Under the pieces are notes generated by a model that was not told where the DNA came from, did not search any database, and saw nothing but the letters and a program-made list of their open reading frames with translations. Shown here one piece after another: positions 60,980-64,000 of a stretch of DNA of 64,000 nucleotides; positions within the stretch are counted from its first letter, which is position 1; each line of letters opens with the position of its first letter. The stretch is from assembly GCA_030704615.1 (NCBI GenBank), contig CM060734.1, positions 52,204,001-52,268,000 on the forward strand. Direction: 5' to 3'. The DNA comes from Takakia lepidozioides (lineage: Eukaryota; Plantae; Bryophyta). A program made the position numbers and the translations under genes.

Positions 60980-62426
60980 AACCGTTGTGCGGGTACGGGT
61001 TTTGACCCGGGGTACCCGGCGGGTTAGGGTCCAGTTATTAACCGGACCCAAACCCGAACCTGCAACATCACCACATACCCGGACCCAATCCCCCTTCATT
61101 CTTGAACCCAGACCCAAACCCACCTAGTGGATCCAAAAGCCACCATACCAGCTACCCCCAGTGCAGTGAAAGCGGGTCGGGGAGTGGGTTTTAAGTTTAG
61201 TAATATGTATAGGTATACATTAAGGATTTTTGAAGTAGATTTTGCCGTTTTAGAGGCAAACTAAGAAGCAGAATGTGCGGTGCTAGTGCGATATGCTCTG
61301 GGATAATCGTAGGCTTGATGGTCCATTGGATCCTGAAATTTGTCCTAATGACAAATTCCTACGTTCATCTTCTGCTCTACAATATTGCCTGCAGAGTGAG
61401 CCAAAAGATTTTGGATTCTGATAATTTTTCCACCTGAGATGATCTCCAGGGTTGTTTTTCTGTTGCATCCCAACTCCGGCTATTGTAGCCGGAGCAGGTA
61501 ACACATTCCGGCATGGTCTTTGGGGGTCACGTCACAAAAACCGACGAATTCAGCCACGAAACCCCCCCCCCCCCCAACACTTGGAAATTCGTACACGGCG
61601 GAATACTTATTGGTTTTGCCCACTCTAAATTGGAGGGGCAGAGAATTCAATGCGCCAGCTTTTTCGTTCAGGAATTACTTCCATCGGATGTCATCCGAGG
61701 AAGTTACGCCCTGGAAGAAAAATGATGCGACCTGAACCAGGTCGCGTTGTCGTCCAAGGGTTAAGGGTTAAGGTCTGCAGCCTCTGATTGGCAGAATGGG
61801 CAACGGCTTTCCCTTCCCATAATACATAAAATAAAATGTGGCACTTACCTTATACTTGCGCCGCCCCCCCCCCCCCCCCTCTCCCCGAGCTTCTCGCAGG
61901 TAATGCGAATCCTTCTCTCTCTCATTTAGTTTCTTATTTGCTTAGGATGTGGTGTGCGGTTTTCTTGTTATAGTGACCTATGATGCATATATTTTTCTTA
62001 CCATTTTTAAGAATTGACATTGATGGGTAGATCTTAGATCATATTTTAATTCTTGTGTCATCATGTATATAAATTGTGAATGAGCCAGTATATGTATGGG
62101 TACTGACATCTTGAAAGAATATGTCCTAAAATGAAATTTAGATTAGGATTTATTTTTTCCAGCCAAATATAATTATACATATATTATTTTCAAAAACAAT
62201 TTAATTTAATTAATCAAATAATCAGGACCCAAACCTGAACCCGTGAGACCCGCTAATATTTTCCAGCAACTACATGGACCTTGACCCGACCCCCTATTCA
62301 AATATCCGGATCACCCGGATTTTCCCAATTTCAAAAACCTGGATCCGGACCTGGACTTGGATCTAGAAAAAAACCCGAACCCAGACCCTGCAGGTTCTTT
62401 AAAAAGGCACTACCCGCACAACACCA
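60980..62426. mobile_element. Degenerate hAT MITE, same family as 2774-3702, opposite orientation
   Basis: GTTGTGCGGGTA...TACCCGCACAAC ends. 62110-62426 is an inverted match to 2774-3110. TSD unclear. Confidence 0.65.
61320..61764. mobile_element. One-ended piggyBac-like fragment
   Basis: Ends GCGACC...GGTCGCGTTGTCGTCCAAGGG|TTAA, the same architecture as 46090-46131. It interrupts the repeat seen intact at 3815-4060 at a TTAA. Confidence 0.55.
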
Positions 62427-64000
62427 GAAAAAACCTTCTACAAAGTGCCCATTGAGTAGACTGTTGTGCTCTAGTAATGGTTAACTAGTAATGGTTTATT
62501 TTCAATTAATTAGGATATTTATATTTGTATTTTATTGGTATTGAGATTTGTTTGGTTCCATGTACCAAGTGAGATAGCAAACCTCACTTCTCGCTTCACT
62601 GACACTGGTGTGTGTGCCTTATGGTGTAAAAGGGGGTTTTAATTTTTTCCCCAAGCTACAATCCCCTTGTTCATTATTTATTTATAATTTTTTTTAAAAA
62701 AAACTCACTTGGCACGTGAAGTGGGCTTTCCCAACCTGAGGGTTGAGAAAGTTTGTCTTGTTCTAGTTAAGCCTCTCAATTTTTCTTAAAAAGAAAAAGT
62801 TTGTCTTCTTCGTCTAGTTAACCCTCTCAAAATTTCTTTTTTCTTCATAATAGTGCTTGGGAATAGTCAAACTCACAATGGGCCAATGGGGTCGTGGTGG
62901 ATGGGCGGACGGGCCAAGATTTACCATCTTCATATGGAATCGAGGGAGGGAGTCAAGGATTCTGGGCGAGCAGCTAAAGCTCCAAGTCAGCCCCAAGGAT
63001 CAATTTTGGAGGCATGTGTGCGCACCGAAGTGAGTAACCATGACTTAAGGGGAGTTTACTAAAGTGAGGTGAGGGACAGAGGTCATGGTGCAATCCGAAG
63101 AAGCGAATCCATATGACTCATGGTGAATTTGACGAATAAAGAGAAGACACTAACATGATTAATAGCTTGCTAACCCAAAATGACAAACTCGTCTTCAAAT
63201 CCTCTATATTGGAAGGTTACTTATTTTACTACTTTGCCCTTCTCCATATTGCACCTCCCTCACCTAACATCTTTGTTATTGAACATCTTATGAAAATAAA
63301 TGGATAAATTTTCAAGTTTATTATGGATGAAAGTAGATTCCACTACTCACAAAGAGGAGCCACGCGTAACTAGCAAAATGTGAGCTATGATTCTACGAGA
63401 GATTGGATGGCGGCAACGTTAATGTTTAAAATACATGCTATTCTTCTTCTAGTGGGGAGGTTGAGAGTGTCGCGGGGGATTTAAATTGTGTGGGGATACC
63501 CCTGGCAGTGATGACTACAAGGTATTACCTTCCAGCCTCTTTGTCTTAGGGCTCGTTTTAGCATGACACATTTTTTGCATTTTGTTTGGAGAGCTTGATT
63601 GGGGAATCGGTCATACATATATTCCATGTAGCGGATGGTGTATCTGTTGGTGGGGGTGGAAGGTGGTGAGTGGATTTTTAGTTGGAAACATTGATGGTTG
63701 TTTGTTTTTTTTTTTTTTTTCCTTCGCAAGAAATACCAGCCCCAACAATCCCCTTTCTAAACCATGGAGGCATCCTAATGCACGGCCATGGTTCTATTTC
63801 ATAAATTGCCATGCCCCCATGCATATGGGATAAATATACCCTTCGCTTACAATATACCATCATGTTAGTTTATTCCTGCCATAAGGTAAGATAAATCTAT
63901 GACACATTATCTGGTTATATATTAAACATGGGTATATATCTTTATACCCTTAAGGGTAGGGTAATATTTGGGTATCATATGTGGCCCAGTCCCAGTATGT

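Overview
Eukaryotic, intron-containing land-plant nuclear DNA; the gene and TE content points to a non-seed plant, probably a bryophyte, but that is inference. Host genes: (i) a complete 9-exon CCD7 (52388-58409, minus strand, 722 aa, four Fe-ligand His motifs present); (ii) the first two exons and promoter of a diverged tandem CCD7 copy 57.3 kb away (353-1107); (iii) between them, an 8-exon PAP/fibrillin gene with a long N-terminal extension (18041-24839). Most of the rest is nested transposons whose ends and target-site duplications (TSDs) can be read directly. Nest A (5450-16205) is an old LINE RT split by an hAT MITE that holds a MULE-like MITE and a near full-length decayed L1/Tx1-type LINE. 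Nest B (25497-46127) is a TTAA-flanked piggyBac element holding an hAT MITE, inside it a 9 kb hAT-ended element carrying host gene fragments (PPR-DYW, NTRC exons, an orphan exon, a 178-bp tandem array, a tRNA-like SINE), plus a CACTA element and a deleted chromovirus with a self-complementary primer site. The ORF track misses a small spliced pipsqueak-type HTH gene (about 48532-50423, plus strand). All splice models and family calls were made by eye, without database searches.
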